Shown: piece by piece, positions 19,633 to 29,237 of the stretch
How positions within the stretch are numbered: position 1 is the stretch's first letter
How the letters are laid out: each line of letters opens with the position of its first letter
Origin: Candidatus Sulfobium sp.
Lineage (GTDB): Bacteria > Nitrospirota > Thermodesulfovibrionia > Thermodesulfovibrionales > UBA6898
Direction of reading: 5' to 3'
DNA: 60,598 bases
Assembly: GCA_037380845.1 (NCBI GenBank)
Contig: JARRRI010000011.1
Coordinates: 1-60,598, forward strand
Made by a program: the position numbers and the translations under genes
The notes under the pieces: model-generated
Seen by the model: only the letters and a program-made list of their open reading frames with translations
Databases searched by the model: none
What the model was told of the DNA's origin: nothing

Positions 19633-21036
19633 ATGAAAATAAGAAAGATCTCTTTCATTGAAGTGAAGTCACCCTGCGCAAACATTTTCAGCAAATTCCC
19701 CATGCCTCGTCTGGGGGCCGTCCTGCTCTCGACGATATTGAAGGAAAACGGTTATGAAGTGAGAGTCTTCATTGAAGACCTGGCGGACCCGGACTGGACC
19801 TTCATCATGAACTCCGATCTGATCTGTATCTCGACCATAACTTCCACAGCTTTCAGGGCCTACGAAATAGGCGATATCATGAAGGCAAAAGGCATGCCTG
19901 TAATAATGGGAGGAGCCCATCCCTCCTTTCTTCCGGATGAGACGCTCGACCATTGCGATTACGTCGTCAGGGGGGAGGGTGATATTACTATCCTGGAATT
20001 GCTTGGCAACCTGGAAAAAGGGAAGCCGGAACTGCCTTCGATAAAGGGCCTGTCATACAAGGACAAGTCAGGCAAGGTCTGCCATACCCCTCAGAGGCCT
20101 CTTCTCGACGACCTCGACAGCCTGCCCGAGCCGGATTTTGCACTGGTCCATAGGTGGAAGCTTTCAAACAACTATCCCATCGCAACATCCCGGGGATGTC
20201 CGTTCAACTGCAACTTCTGCTCGGTCGTCCATATGTTCGGCAGGAAATGCAGGTTCCGCTCGGTCGAGGGTACGGTCGGCAACATCAAGCGCGCTACTTC
20301 GATCACCAGGGCCACAAAATTCTTTGTCGACGATAACTTCGCCGCCGACAAGGCCAGGACGAAAGAGATATTGCGCGGCATGATCGCCGAAGGGATAAAG
20401 ACAAAGTGGTCGGCCCAGGTCAGGACGGACGTGGCCAGGGACGATGAACTGCTGGACCTCATGGCCGAGTCAGGTTGTGTAAACACCTTCATAGGATTTG
20501 AATCGATCAATTCCGACACACTGAAGGCGTACAACAAGAAGCAGGACCTGGACGACATCGTAAAGTGCATCCGCAAGGTAAGGGACCACGGGATAAGGAT
20601 CCACGGGATGTTCGTCCTGGGCGCCGACACGGACAACGTGGAGACGTTCAGAAAGACGGCCGACTTCGCATCGAATAACGGAATCAACACCGTGCAGTTT
20701 ATGGTGCTCACGCCTCTGCCCGGAACGGCGTTCTACAATGAGATGAAAGCCTCCGGGAGGCTCCTGCACAGCGACTGGAGCAAGTATGACATGCTCCACA
20801 TCGTCTTCAGGCCGGAAAATCTGTCCCCGGAAACCTTATATGTGGAACACATGAAGGCCGTCGGGAGGTTTTACTCGTGGAAATACATCTTGAAGAACCT
20901 CTCCAGGTTCGACTTCTTCCATGCAGCCCTGGGCCTTTACGGCAAGAAGGCGGCGAAAGACCTGCTCGCAGAAGCGGAGCGGGGCATTGACGAGTATGTT
21001 GCAGTCCCGGAAGCTCTGGGAAACCGCGCATCCTGA
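19633..21036 (+). CDS. B12-binding radical SAM protein
   Basis: GGAHPS, VVRGEG, TSRGCPFNCNFC, GFES, TPLPGT. Confidence 0.9.
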   Translation: MKIRKISFIEVKSPCANIFSKFPMPRLGAVLLSTILKENGYEVRVFIEDLADPDWTFIMNSDLICISTITSTAFRAYEIGDIMKAKGMPVIMGGAHPSFLPDETLDHCDYVVRGEGDITILELLGNLEKGKPELPSIKGLSYKDKSGKVCHTPQRPLLDDLDSLPEPDFALVHRWKLSNNYPIATSRGCPFNCNFCSVVHMFGRKCRFRSVEGTVGNIKRATSITRATKFFVDDNFAADKARTKEILRGMIAEGIKTKWSAQVRTDVARDDELLDLMAESGCVNTFIGFESINSDTLKAYNKKQDLDDIVKCIRKVRDHGIRIHGMFVLGADTDNVETFRKTADFASNNGINTVQFMVLTPLPGTAFYNEMKASGRLLHSDWSKYDMLHIVFRPENLSPETLYVEHMKAVGRFYSWKYILKNLSRFDFFHAALGLYGKKAAKDLLAEAERGIDEYVAVPEALGNRAS

Positions 21037-21067
21037 TGCCGGCATGGCAAAGCAGGCGAGAATTTCG

Positions 21068-21148
21068 CCACAGAGACACGGAGCCACGGAGGGTCTTAAC
21101 GACGAGCCGGCATTTTAAGACTTTCTCTGTATCTCCGTGTCTCAGTGG
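21068..21148. repeat. palindromic intergenic element between convergent genes
   Basis: ccacagagacacggag ... ctccgtgtctcagtgg (15/16 inverted match). Confidence 0.6.
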
Positions 21149-21178
21149 CCGGGCTTAGTTTTCTGCTGTCGAGCCAAC

Positions 21179-21496
21179 CTATTTAAACGTCTTCAAAATA
21201 TAATCGGCTATTTTCTTTGCGTCCTTGTCGGAGACCATCTGCTTTGTAAACTGTGTCATGCCCGGTCCCGGGTTTCTCATCTTGCCCACGATGTCCTCGG
21301 CGGTCTTCACGCCGTGCTTGTCCCTGTCCTTCTTGTGCAAGGTAAAATCCGGATTGATGATATTGCTGCCGTCGGGGTGGCAGGGCGAGCAATGCTGTTC
21401 AAACAACTCCTCGCCCGAATTTCCGTTCGCTCCCGCTGCCTGCAGGAAACAGAATACGAGAGATACCGACAATGCTGCCATGACAGCCTTCTTCAT
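21179..21496 (-). CDS. monoheme cytochrome c6-like protein
   Basis: signal peptide, CSPCH, GPGM distal Met; GGAGG RBS. Confidence 0.88.
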   Translation of the reverse strand: MKKAVMAALSVSLVFCFLQAAGANGNSGEELFEQHCSPCHPDGSNIINPDFTLHKKDRDKHGVKTAEDIVGKMRNPGPGMTQFTKQMVSDKDAKKIADYILKTFK

Positions 21497-21559
21497 GGTT
21501 AACCTCCTTTTCGACTTTTTTGTACTGATAAGTCCCGTCTGCAAATAAACACTGCTAAC

Positions 21560-21649
21560 GTCATGCCCGGGGTTCTTAGTCGGGCATGGCGGCAGACGGG
21601 TCCACTCCGTCTGAAAACCTGGATTCCCGGTTATTGCCCCGGGAATGAC
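21560..21649. repeat. REP/RPE-like palindromic repeat, copy A
   Basis: gtcatgcccg...tggattcccggttattgccccgggaatgac; core shared with 31478 and 33332. Confidence 0.7.
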
Positions 21650-21722
21650 GAATTCGAAATGCGCATCTTTTTTTGCATTGTTGGAGTAAATTCCGCTACG
21701 CGGCAAATTTCTCCAACCCTGA

Positions 21723-22595
21723 TCAGAATTGAAAAAGCCTGTCGGCGGCCAGGACGATCATTACAAGCACCATTCCCGCATTCATTCCCCTGAATGCGAA
21801 TGAACAACAAGACTTCTTCACCTTCCCGTGAAGAAGTCTTGCGCCATTCCATATGAGCCAGACCGATACCGCCACAAGGGAGACACCCACCGGCAGACTC
21901 TTTGTTACCCCGCAGGCGCCGATGAATATGCAGCTCACCGCCACGGAGCTGATCCAGACAAAGCTTATTCTCGCTATCTGCTCTTTGGCAAATATGGAAG
22001 TAAGAGCAGGCAGGCCGGCCCTCTCATATTCTTCACCATAGTTGAGAAGAAACAACCAGAAATGGGGCACCTGCCACATGAAAAAGAAAAAACAGAGAAA
22101 CAGTAATCCGGGGTCGAAAAGGCCGCCGCCGGCAGCGGTCCAGCCGACGGCAGGCGGAACCGCGCCGACCAGCCCGCCCGGAAACACCGCAAACGCCGTT
22201 CTTTTTTTCAGAGGTGTGTAAACACCGTTGTACCAGACGACCGTAAAGGCACCCAATGAGAGGGCATAAATATTTCCCTCAGCCGCCAGCAACACGCATC
22301 CCGCGACAAGGAGCATAACGGCAAACAGGAGTGCCCTGCGGGACCCTATCCTCCCCGATGGAAGCGGCCTCGACCGGGTACGCGGCATGCGCGCATCGGT
22401 TGCCCTCTCGCTGTGCTGGTTGAGGGCGCTCGCACCGCATGCCAGAACAAAAACCGCCATCATCACACCGGCCAGCCTCCATGCCGGCCCCCGGATAAGG
22501 AGAAAGCCGGCACCGGCGGAACAGGCCGAAAACAGGGAGATCCTCATTCTGCAAAGACCGGCATAGGCCGCGATATTCTTTCCGCCCATATTCAT
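21723..22595 (-). CDS. ctaB: protoheme IX farnesyltransferase (heme O synthase)
   Basis: NQ..ER..DARMPRTRSRPLPSG, YTPLKK, WQVPHF. Confidence 0.92.
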   Translation of the reverse strand: MNMGGKNIAAYAGLCRMRISLFSACSAGAGFLLIRGPAWRLAGVMMAVFVLACGASALNQHSERATDARMPRTRSRPLPSGRIGSRRALLFAVMLLVAGCVLLAAEGNIYALSLGAFTVVWYNGVYTPLKKRTAFAVFPGGLVGAVPPAVGWTAAGGGLFDPGLLFLCFFFFMWQVPHFWLFLLNYGEEYERAGLPALTSIFAKEQIARISFVWISSVAVSCIFIGACGVTKSLPVGVSLVAVSVWLIWNGARLLHGKVKKSCCSFAFRGMNAGMVLVMIVLAADRLFQF

Positions 22596-23500
22596 TTTAA
22601 CGTCTTCATGTAGGCTATAATCTCATGTATTTCCTTGTCCGTAACCGGTAGAGTCGGCATCACCGGCGGGAATCCCTTTACGATATCGGCCTTCGGATGC
22701 TTGATGGATCGTTCGATGTATTCGTCGTCCGCCGTGATCATTCTCTGCTTTCCGTTGGTCACAACGGTGACCTTCCTCCCGTAAAGTCCCTTGAATGTCG
22801 GCCCAACCTTCTTCGTTCCGTCCGTGGTATGACACCCCAGACATCCCTTTGACTGCAGGAGCTGTTTTCCGGCGGCAGCCGGGGTCTTGGCGGCTTTCTC
22901 CTTCGCCTCGTACCATTCTTCAAAATCGCTGTCTTTCATGGCTATCAGTTTGGAGCGCATATGAGAGTGGCCTACTCCGCAGTATTCGGTGCAGAAAATG
23001 TCATATGTGCCGACTTCATCGGCTATGAACCAGAGGTGGGTCGTCATTCCGGGGACGCAGTCCTCCTTTACCCTGAAGGCGGGAACAAAGAAACTGTGGA
23101 TGACGTCTTCCGACGTCATCTCCAGCTTTACCGGCTTTCCTACCGGCACCTTGAGCACGTTGCTTCCCTTCCCGTTTTGATACTTGAAAGACCACTCCCA
23201 CTGCCGGCCGATGACATTGACCGGCATGGCGTCTTTCGGTGGATTGCGTATGTATTCGAAATTCACCCATCCGAAATAAAACATTATTAAGACAAGGATG
23301 GTGGGAACAATGGTCCATGTCACCTCCAGTGGGATGTTGTCTTTCGTTTCGGCTGCGCGCGAATTTCTCTTCTTGTTGTACTTGAAAAGAAAGACCAGCA
23401 TGGCAATCGTGATCGTGACAAGCAGGACAACGCACATCACCGTAACTATAACGAAGGCGCTTTCCACTTTGCCTGAAGTATTGGACGGTCCCAGGAACAT
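22592..23500 (-). CDS. coxB: cytochrome c oxidase subunit II with fused cytochrome c
   Basis: DVIHSF, CTEYCGVGHSHM (CuA), CLGCH. Confidence 0.95.
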   Translation of the reverse strand: MFLGPSNTSGKVESAFVIVTVMCVVLLVTITIAMLVFLFKYNKKRNSRAAETKDNIPLEVTWTIVPTILVLIMFYFGWVNFEYIRNPPKDAMPVNVIGRQWEWSFKYQNGKGSNVLKVPVGKPVKLEMTSEDVIHSFFVPAFRVKEDCVPGMTTHLWFIADEVGTYDIFCTEYCGVGHSHMRSKLIAMKDSDFEEWYEAKEKAAKTPAAAGKQLLQSKGCLGCHTTDGTKKVGPTFKGLYGRKVTVVTNGKQRMITADDEYIERSIKHPKADIVKGFPPVMPTLPVTDKEIHEIIAYMKTLK

Positions 23501-23503
23501 TAG

Positions 23504-23806
23504 TCACCTCGCTCTGAACAAGACGTCCGAAAAAGTAAAAAGAATAATCAGCGTCAGTACCAGGATGGCCATGGAAACCATCAACCTCAAAAATTTCCCC
23601 TCGTACCTGAGGTTCATGAAGAAAACAAGGTTCGTAACGGCCATACACGACGCTATTATGATATTCAGCAACACCGTGATCCCTTTAACAAGGACCTGTG
23701 AGACCGAAATGTTCAGGGCCAGAAGAAACAGCAGGAACAGCCAGGTCATTATGTATGTCCTGTAGCTGACGATTCGGGCCCTCTGTTCTCCTTCGGTGCG
23801 TTCCAT
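23504..23806 (-). CDS. cytochrome c oxidase subunit IV family protein
   Basis: three TM helices, FFMNLRYE; operon position. Confidence 0.8.
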   Translation of the reverse strand: MERTEGEQRARIVSYRTYIMTWLFLLFLLALNISVSQVLVKGITVLLNIIIASCMAVTNLVFFMNLRYEGKFLRLMVSMAILVLTLIILFTFSDVLFRAR

Positions 23807-23812
23807 AATTCC

Positions 23813-24448
23813 CTATGTCACCAGATAAAAAAGAGGGAAGAGATAAATCCAGACCATGTCCACGAAATGCCAGTACAGGCCGGTATTTTCAAGTCTCACC
23901 GGATAGTCCTTGTTGATCTTTCCCGTGACTGTGTAATACATCATGAAAAGTATGACCACAATGCCTACAAAGACGTGAAGTCCGTGCAGCCCGGTCATCA
24001 CGTAATACAGTCCGAAATAGAGGATCTCACCCTTTCCGAGTTTGAGGAGGGCCGGGGATGAAGGATAAAGACCTTTTACGATTTTTTCGCCCCACTCCGA
24101 GCCTTTTATGAACAAAAAAACCACCCCCAGGACAACTGTCAGCGCCTGCAGAATTACGGATAATTTATTGTTGCCCTTCTTCACGGCGGTGATCGCCGCC
24201 GCCATGAACAGGCTGCTGGTCAGCAGGAGGACGGTATTGATCGAGCCCCATACGAGGTTTTCTTCAGAAGCACCGGCATGGAACTCCCCGGGGAACCGGT
24301 AACGATAGACGGAATAAAGCAGGAACATGCCTCCGAAGAACAGGATTTCCGTCAACAGGAAGAACCACATCCCGTACTTGGCGCCGCTGTAGTCCTTTTC
24401 TTCCACCCCGGCCTTGATGACCGGTTTTTCTTCGGCCTGAGGTTTCAT
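23813..24448 (-). CDS. coxC: cytochrome c oxidase subunit III
   Basis: GMWFFLLTE, TGLHGLHV, LYWHFVD. Confidence 0.93.
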   Translation of the reverse strand: MKPQAEEKPVIKAGVEEKDYSGAKYGMWFFLLTEILFFGGMFLLYSVYRYRFPGEFHAGASEENLVWGSINTVLLLTSSLFMAAAITAVKKGNNKLSVILQALTVVLGVVFLFIKGSEWGEKIVKGLYPSSPALLKLGKGEILYFGLYYVMTGLHGLHVFVGIVVILFMMYYTVTGKINKDYPVRLENTGLYWHFVDMVWIYLFPLFYLVT

Positions 24449-25896
24449 TCAGCAACTCCGATTACAGGTATCTCTTCGAAGTTCTCTTTGGGAGGGGGTG
24501 AGGGCACCTTCCATTCGAGGGTCCTCCCTCCCCACGGGTCCGCCGGAGCTTTATCGCCCTTCAGCAGTGCACGGATCAGGTTCCCGAATATGATGATGAG
24601 ACCCAGGGCCAGTATCCACGAGCCAATCGTGGATATCTCGTTTCCGGTGTGAAACCTCGCAGGATAATCGAAATATCTTCGGGGCATGCCCTCGTATCCC
24701 AGAATGAACATTGGGAAATAGAGAGTATTGAAACCGATAAAAAGGATGAACCAGCCCAGCTTTGCCAACCGCTCGTTGTACAACTTCCCGAACATCTTCG
24801 GGAACCAGTAATGGAGTCCGGCAAAAATGGCAAATCCTCCGCCCCCGAACATTACATAGTGGAAGTGTCCGACGATCCAATATGTGCCGTGCAGTTGCAG
24901 GTTGGGAGCCAGCGCGCCCTGGATCAGCCCCGTCAGCCCTCCTATGGAGAAAAGGAAGAGAAAGGACAAGGCGAAAAGCATCGGTGAATCCACCACGATC
25001 GATCCCTTGTACAGCGTCGTCACCCAGTTGAAAATCTTCACGCCCGTCGGAATGGCGACCAGGAATGTAATGAAGGAAAAAATGACTCTCGACGTGTCGC
25101 TCATTCCGCTGGTGAACATATGGTGCCCCCAGACGAAATAGCCCACTATTGCGATGCCCAGGGCGGGATCGCCGCCCTTTGTAGGGTCGAAGAAGCCGAC
25201 GCCGAAGATCCTTCCCAGGATTATGAATACCAGGGTAATGGCAAGGACCGGTGTGGCAAGCATCTGCACCCAGCCGGTGGCATAGAGGGTCCACGCAAAC
25301 AAAGGCATCTTTAACCATGTCATGCCCGGTGCCCTGAGACGGTGGATGGTGGTAACGAAGTTCAGGCCCGTAAGTATGGAGGAAAAACCGAGCACGAAAA
25401 CGCCGAGCACGGCGAGGGCGATATTGGCCTTTACCCGGATACTGTAAGGGGCATAAAACGTCCAGCCCGTATCAGGGGGCGTGCCATGGAGGAATATGGA
25501 AAGAGCGACTATCGATGCCCCGGTGAGATATATCCACCACGTCAGGCGGTTAAGGCGTGGAAAAGCGACATCCCTGGCGCCTATCAGGATGGGCAGGAAA
25601 AAATTTCCGAATGCCACCGGCAAACCCGGTATGATGAACAGGAAGATCATGATGATGCCGTGGATGGTAAATATCTCGTTGTAGGTCTGGGCCCCCATGA
25701 ACTTGCCCGGCGACAACAGGTTCAGCCGTATCAGCAGCCCCATCATCACACCGACCGAGAAAAATGTCAGCAGGGCCGCCAGATACTGGATGCCTATTCT
25801 CTTGTGGTCCGTCGAAAGAAGCCACCCGAGGATTCCGCGGCGCCCGCCGCTCTCGTGGTAAAAGCTGACCCTCTCCGATATGTTTCTTTCTTCCAC
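24445..25896 (-). CDS. coxA: cytochrome c oxidase subunit I carrying an internal in-frame deletion of helix VI (probably non-functional as assembled)
   Basis: TDHKRIG, HG, GWTFY, WGHHM and GHFHY are present; GGDP runs directly into ALGIA with no HPxVY. Confidence 0.9.
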   Translation of the reverse strand: MEERNISERVSFYHESGGRRGILGWLLSTDHKRIGIQYLAALLTFFSVGVMMGLLIRLNLLSPGKFMGAQTYNEIFTIHGIIMIFLFIIPGLPVAFGNFFLPILIGARDVAFPRLNRLTWWIYLTGASIVALSIFLHGTPPDTGWTFYAPYSIRVKANIALAVLGVFVLGFSSILTGLNFVTTIHRLRAPGMTWLKMPLFAWTLYATGWVQMLATPVLAITLVFIILGRIFGVGFFDPTKGGDPALGIAIVGYFVWGHHMFTSGMSDTSRVIFSFITFLVAIPTGVKIFNWVTTLYKGSIVVDSPMLFALSFLFLFSIGGLTGLIQGALAPNLQLHGTYWIVGHFHYVMFGGGGFAIFAGLHYWFPKMFGKLYNERLAKLGWFILFIGFNTLYFPMFILGYEGMPRRYFDYPARFHTGNEISTIGSWILALGLIIIFGNLIRALLKGDKAPADPWGGRTLEWKVPSPPPKENFEEIPVIGVAE

Positions 25897-26718
25897 TTAT
25901 GTCCTCCGTTTCTTTTCATGCCTGCCGGCCGTCACGGCCAGAAAAACAAAGAGCGACCCCAGAATGACAAGCATCGTCAAGCCCGAGACCTGCAGCAGCC
26001 TGAAAAAAGTCACCTCATGGACGGGTTTATAAAGAAGGCAGTAAAGAGGCGCCCTGTTGTCGGCTATTGCAGTCTTTCCCATGGAAGCGTCCATGATGGA
26101 CGTTGTGAAGTCGACCGGTGAGAAGCTCACGGGATAGGCGAGCCCGTATCTGAATTTGGAGACGTTCATGTATCGGGTGATCTTTCCCCCCGGTGATATG
26201 AAGACCAGTACGGCCGGGTGATCAAAGCCCTCAGCCTTCTCTTTCACACCATATCCGACAGCCGTCAGGACTCTGCGTATGTTCTCGCGGTCGCCCGTCA
26301 GGAACTTCCATGAGCCTTCGGGTAAAGACCGTCCGATGGCCTTCACATAATTTACCTTCAACTGTTTCGCAACCGAAGGGGTGTCACGGTCGTCGAAGCT
26401 GAGAGTGATGATTCTGTAATCCTTTCCCGGTTCAAGGGATATTTTCCCGATCACGTCCGTGACTGCGGCAAGCATTTCCGGACAGATGTGGGTGCAGCGA
26501 TAATAAGTAAGAACGAGAACCGCCGGACGGTCCAGAAGGCCTCCGGTCGTAACCGTCCTGCCCGTCTCGTCGCGGAGGGTTATGTCCGGTGGAAGATATC
26601 GGCCTTCCCTGTAATCGAGACCGACCCGGGAAAATACGCCGACCTGACTCGCCCCGGACGGCACGGCGACCAATAATGTACACAGGGTGGCTATTGACAA
26701 GACCAGATTTTTCTTCAC
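25897..26718 (-). CDS. SCO1/SenC family copper chaperone
   Basis: CTHIC (CxxxC), downstream His; GTG26718 with GAGG RBS and signal peptide. Confidence 0.88.
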   Translation of the reverse strand: MKKNLVLSIATLCTLLVAVPSGASQVGVFSRVGLDYREGRYLPPDITLRDETGRTVTTGGLLDRPAVLVLTYYRCTHICPEMLAAVTDVIGKISLEPGKDYRIITLSFDDRDTPSVAKQLKVNYVKAIGRSLPEGSWKFLTGDRENIRRVLTAVGYGVKEKAEGFDHPAVLVFISPGGKITRYMNVSKFRYGLAYPVSFSPVDFTTSIMDASMGKTAIADNRAPLYCLLYKPVHEVTFFRLLQVSGLTMLVILGSLFVFLAVTAGRHEKKRRT

Positions 26719-27095
26719 TTGCACCTCTTCTATATTTTTATCTGATCCGCAGTGGATGACGGTTGTCATTTCCTTCGAGCTACTCTCAGCGAAGTCCTGG
26801 CTACCCTGCGCGGAGACCCGCTTCGAAAACCCCTGTTCCTTATCGACGGGTTGAACCATTCATCCCTGACATACACAGGATAACGTGTGCCGGAAACTAG
26901 GCCATCGTCAAACACTACTAAACCTTATCACAAAAAAGAGGAGTTGAGAAGAGGTAAGAAGACTGAGTCGGGCAGGCTGCGGACCCGCGAGGATGTGAGC
27001 CGGGAGAAGGTTAAACGCGTGCGCCGAAAAAGAAATGAGAGGAGGCGCTATCCCATATCTTTCTCCGGTGCGGGACAGCGCCTTCGAAGGCTCCG

Positions 27096-27662
27096 CTACC
27101 TCATGGGAAAATGCATTCCCCCGGGCATCTGGAATTTCTTGTAGCCGGCAGGGACCTTGAACAGACTGTCAGGCTGATTTCCGAAACTGATATTCCTGTA
27201 TTCCTGCGACCATGAGCCGTCCACGGCCTCGGTCTTTACAGGGAAGTTTATGTCCGTAGCTATCCACTGGTAAATGTGCTGTTCCTTCCCGCCTGATTTA
27301 TAGGTAACGAGATATTTCCCGGCAGGGTGTCCGTCAACCTTTTCCGTGGCGATGAGTTTCCTTTCAATTTCTCCCTGCACCTTATTTTTTACCATCGGCT
27401 CTCTCTTCGGGTTGAAGGGAATCTCCATATACATCTTCTGTTGAGGCATTATGCTCCAGACTACCTTCTTGTCCAGCCGGGTAATGGTCGTCACCTTCTG
27501 CGGAGAAGTCATGTCCATCCTGAAACTGTCGCCCTTGAAATAGACCTTTCCGGTGGTTTTATGTCCCCTGGCAGTCATTACCATATCGGCCGAAAATTCC
27601 AGTGCAGAAGCCGTCCCCGCGAGCAACAGCACGAACAATACAAAGGCAGTAAAACGTTTCAT
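27096..27662 (-). CDS. exported DUF4412-like protein
   Basis: signal peptide, EFSADM, LFKVPAGY. Confidence 0.7.
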   Translation of the reverse strand: MKRFTAFVLFVLLLAGTASALEFSADMVMTARGHKTTGKVYFKGDSFRMDMTSPQKVTTITRLDKKVVWSIMPQQKMYMEIPFNPKREPMVKNKVQGEIERKLIATEKVDGHPAGKYLVTYKSGGKEQHIYQWIATDINFPVKTEAVDGSWSQEYRNISFGNQPDSLFKVPAGYKKFQMPGGMHFPMR

Positions 27663-27800
27663 GGAAAACCCCCCTTTAGGATAAATATACCGGATCGGTT
27701 TTTTAATTCTATGCCGCGCCCCGCCTTTTGTCAATGAAATCCCGGGGCTGCCCTCCCCCTAAAGTCTGAAAGGTCGCTTCCCGTTTTGCTATAGTAAAGA

Positions 27801-28886
27801 ATGGCCAGGGTAATAGTGGGCATGAGCGGCGGTGTGGATTCGAGCGTCACCGCCTGGCTCCTGAGGGAGTGCGGCTTCGACGTCGAGGGGATCAGTTTTG
27901 TCCTCTGGGAGGCCAGGAACAGGCGCAATCCGGCGGCATGCTGCTCTTTGGAGGCCGTCGAGGGGGCATCGGAGACCGCCCGGCATCTGGGAATAGGACA
28001 CCTTTCCCTGGATGTGAGAGAGGAATTTATCGAAAAGGTGATAGACCCCTTCGTTGATCAGTATACCCGGGGTCTGACCCCGAACCCCTGCATCCTTTGT
28101 AACAGACACATAAAATTTCCCTTTCTTCTCCGGGAGGCGGAACGGAGAGGGGCGGAATTTATCGCGACCGGGCACTATGCCCGCGTGCAAAGAAATTCCG
28201 GGGTTGCGTCCGGAGAGGGTTCGGGAAATCTCGATACGAAACTGAAAAAGAGTATCGACGCGGGGAAAGACCAGTCGTATGTTCTGTATGGACTGAGACC
28301 GGAGGAACTCCGGAGGCTCGTGCTCCCTCTGGGCGAATACCGGAAACAGGAGGTAAGAGAAATCGCCCGCGCCATGCGGATGGCTGCTGCGGAGAGACCC
28401 GAAAGCCAGGAGATCTGCTTTATCGAAAACAACAACTACGCAGCATTCATCGAAAACCTGCTTCCTTCAGCCGGTGAACCCGGTCCTGTTTTGGACGCGG
28501 CGGGTCAGGTCGTCGGAACACACAAGGGGATTTACCGGTACACACTGGGGCAGAGAAAGGGGCTGGGGATTGCATCTCTTGAGCCCCGCTACGTAACCAG
28601 GATCGACAGCGAACGAAACTCGATCGTGGTGGGTCAAAAGGAGGAGGCGAGGATAAGAGGAATCCTGGTGCGCGATCTCAACTGGCTGAGTGCTCCGCGT
28701 GACGACCGTTTCAGGGCGACGGTAAAGGTCCGCTCGATGATGAGGGACAGGCCCGCTTCGGTTGAAATCTCAAACGGAGAGGCACGGGTCGCCTTCGATG
28801 AGCCGCAGTGGGCGCCGGCCCCGGGCCAGAGCGCCGTATTTTATGACGGAGACACGGTCATGGGAGGCGGAGTCATCACCCTCTGA
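27801..28886 (+). CDS. mnmA: tRNA 2-thiouridine(34) synthase
   Basis: MSGGVDSS, TPNPC, ATGHYAR, KDQSY, ESQEICF, PGQSAVFY. Confidence 0.97.
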   Translation: MARVIVGMSGGVDSSVTAWLLRECGFDVEGISFVLWEARNRRNPAACCSLEAVEGASETARHLGIGHLSLDVREEFIEKVIDPFVDQYTRGLTPNPCILCNRHIKFPFLLREAERRGAEFIATGHYARVQRNSGVASGEGSGNLDTKLKKSIDAGKDQSYVLYGLRPEELRRLVLPLGEYRKQEVREIARAMRMAAAERPESQEICFIENNNYAAFIENLLPSAGEPGPVLDAAGQVVGTHKGIYRYTLGQRKGLGIASLEPRYVTRIDSERNSIVVGQKEEARIRGILVRDLNWLSAPRDDRFRATVKVRSMMRDRPASVEISNGEARVAFDEPQWAPAPGQSAVFYDGDTVMGGGVITL

Positions 28887-29237
28887 CAGGTGAAGACGGT
28901 AGTGACTGATCTCCTCCTATTGACTGTGATGTGTATCAGGCCGTTTCCGATCCGCTGGATCACTTTATAAGTGGGAAGCCGTGTAAAGTAAAATATGAGT
29001 TGATATGAGGGAAGTAACCGCTCCCCTCAATAGGCAGGCTAATGAGTCAAGGGGTGCGCCGGAAAAATAGAACTGGATCACTATCCCTCCAATTGCTTTT
29101 CCGTCGACTTATTGACGCCGCTCAAAAACAGCGATAGCATATGAGGAGAACTAACCACCGAGGCCCGGAAAAAGAATGAATATCTGCCTGTGCGCTTCTA
29201 GCGTCGCTTTCCATCTTCAGAAAGGGAGGTGCTGTTA

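Noticed and set aside
26876..26891. sigma54-like CGGCAC upstream of the oxidase operon
   Set aside because: The -12 element lacks the conserved GC
29141..29179. 12-codon uORF coupled to the Cys-rich mini-ORF
   Set aside because: Its ATG directly abuts a likely -10 box (TTGACG-17-TAGCAT), so it is probably not transcribed
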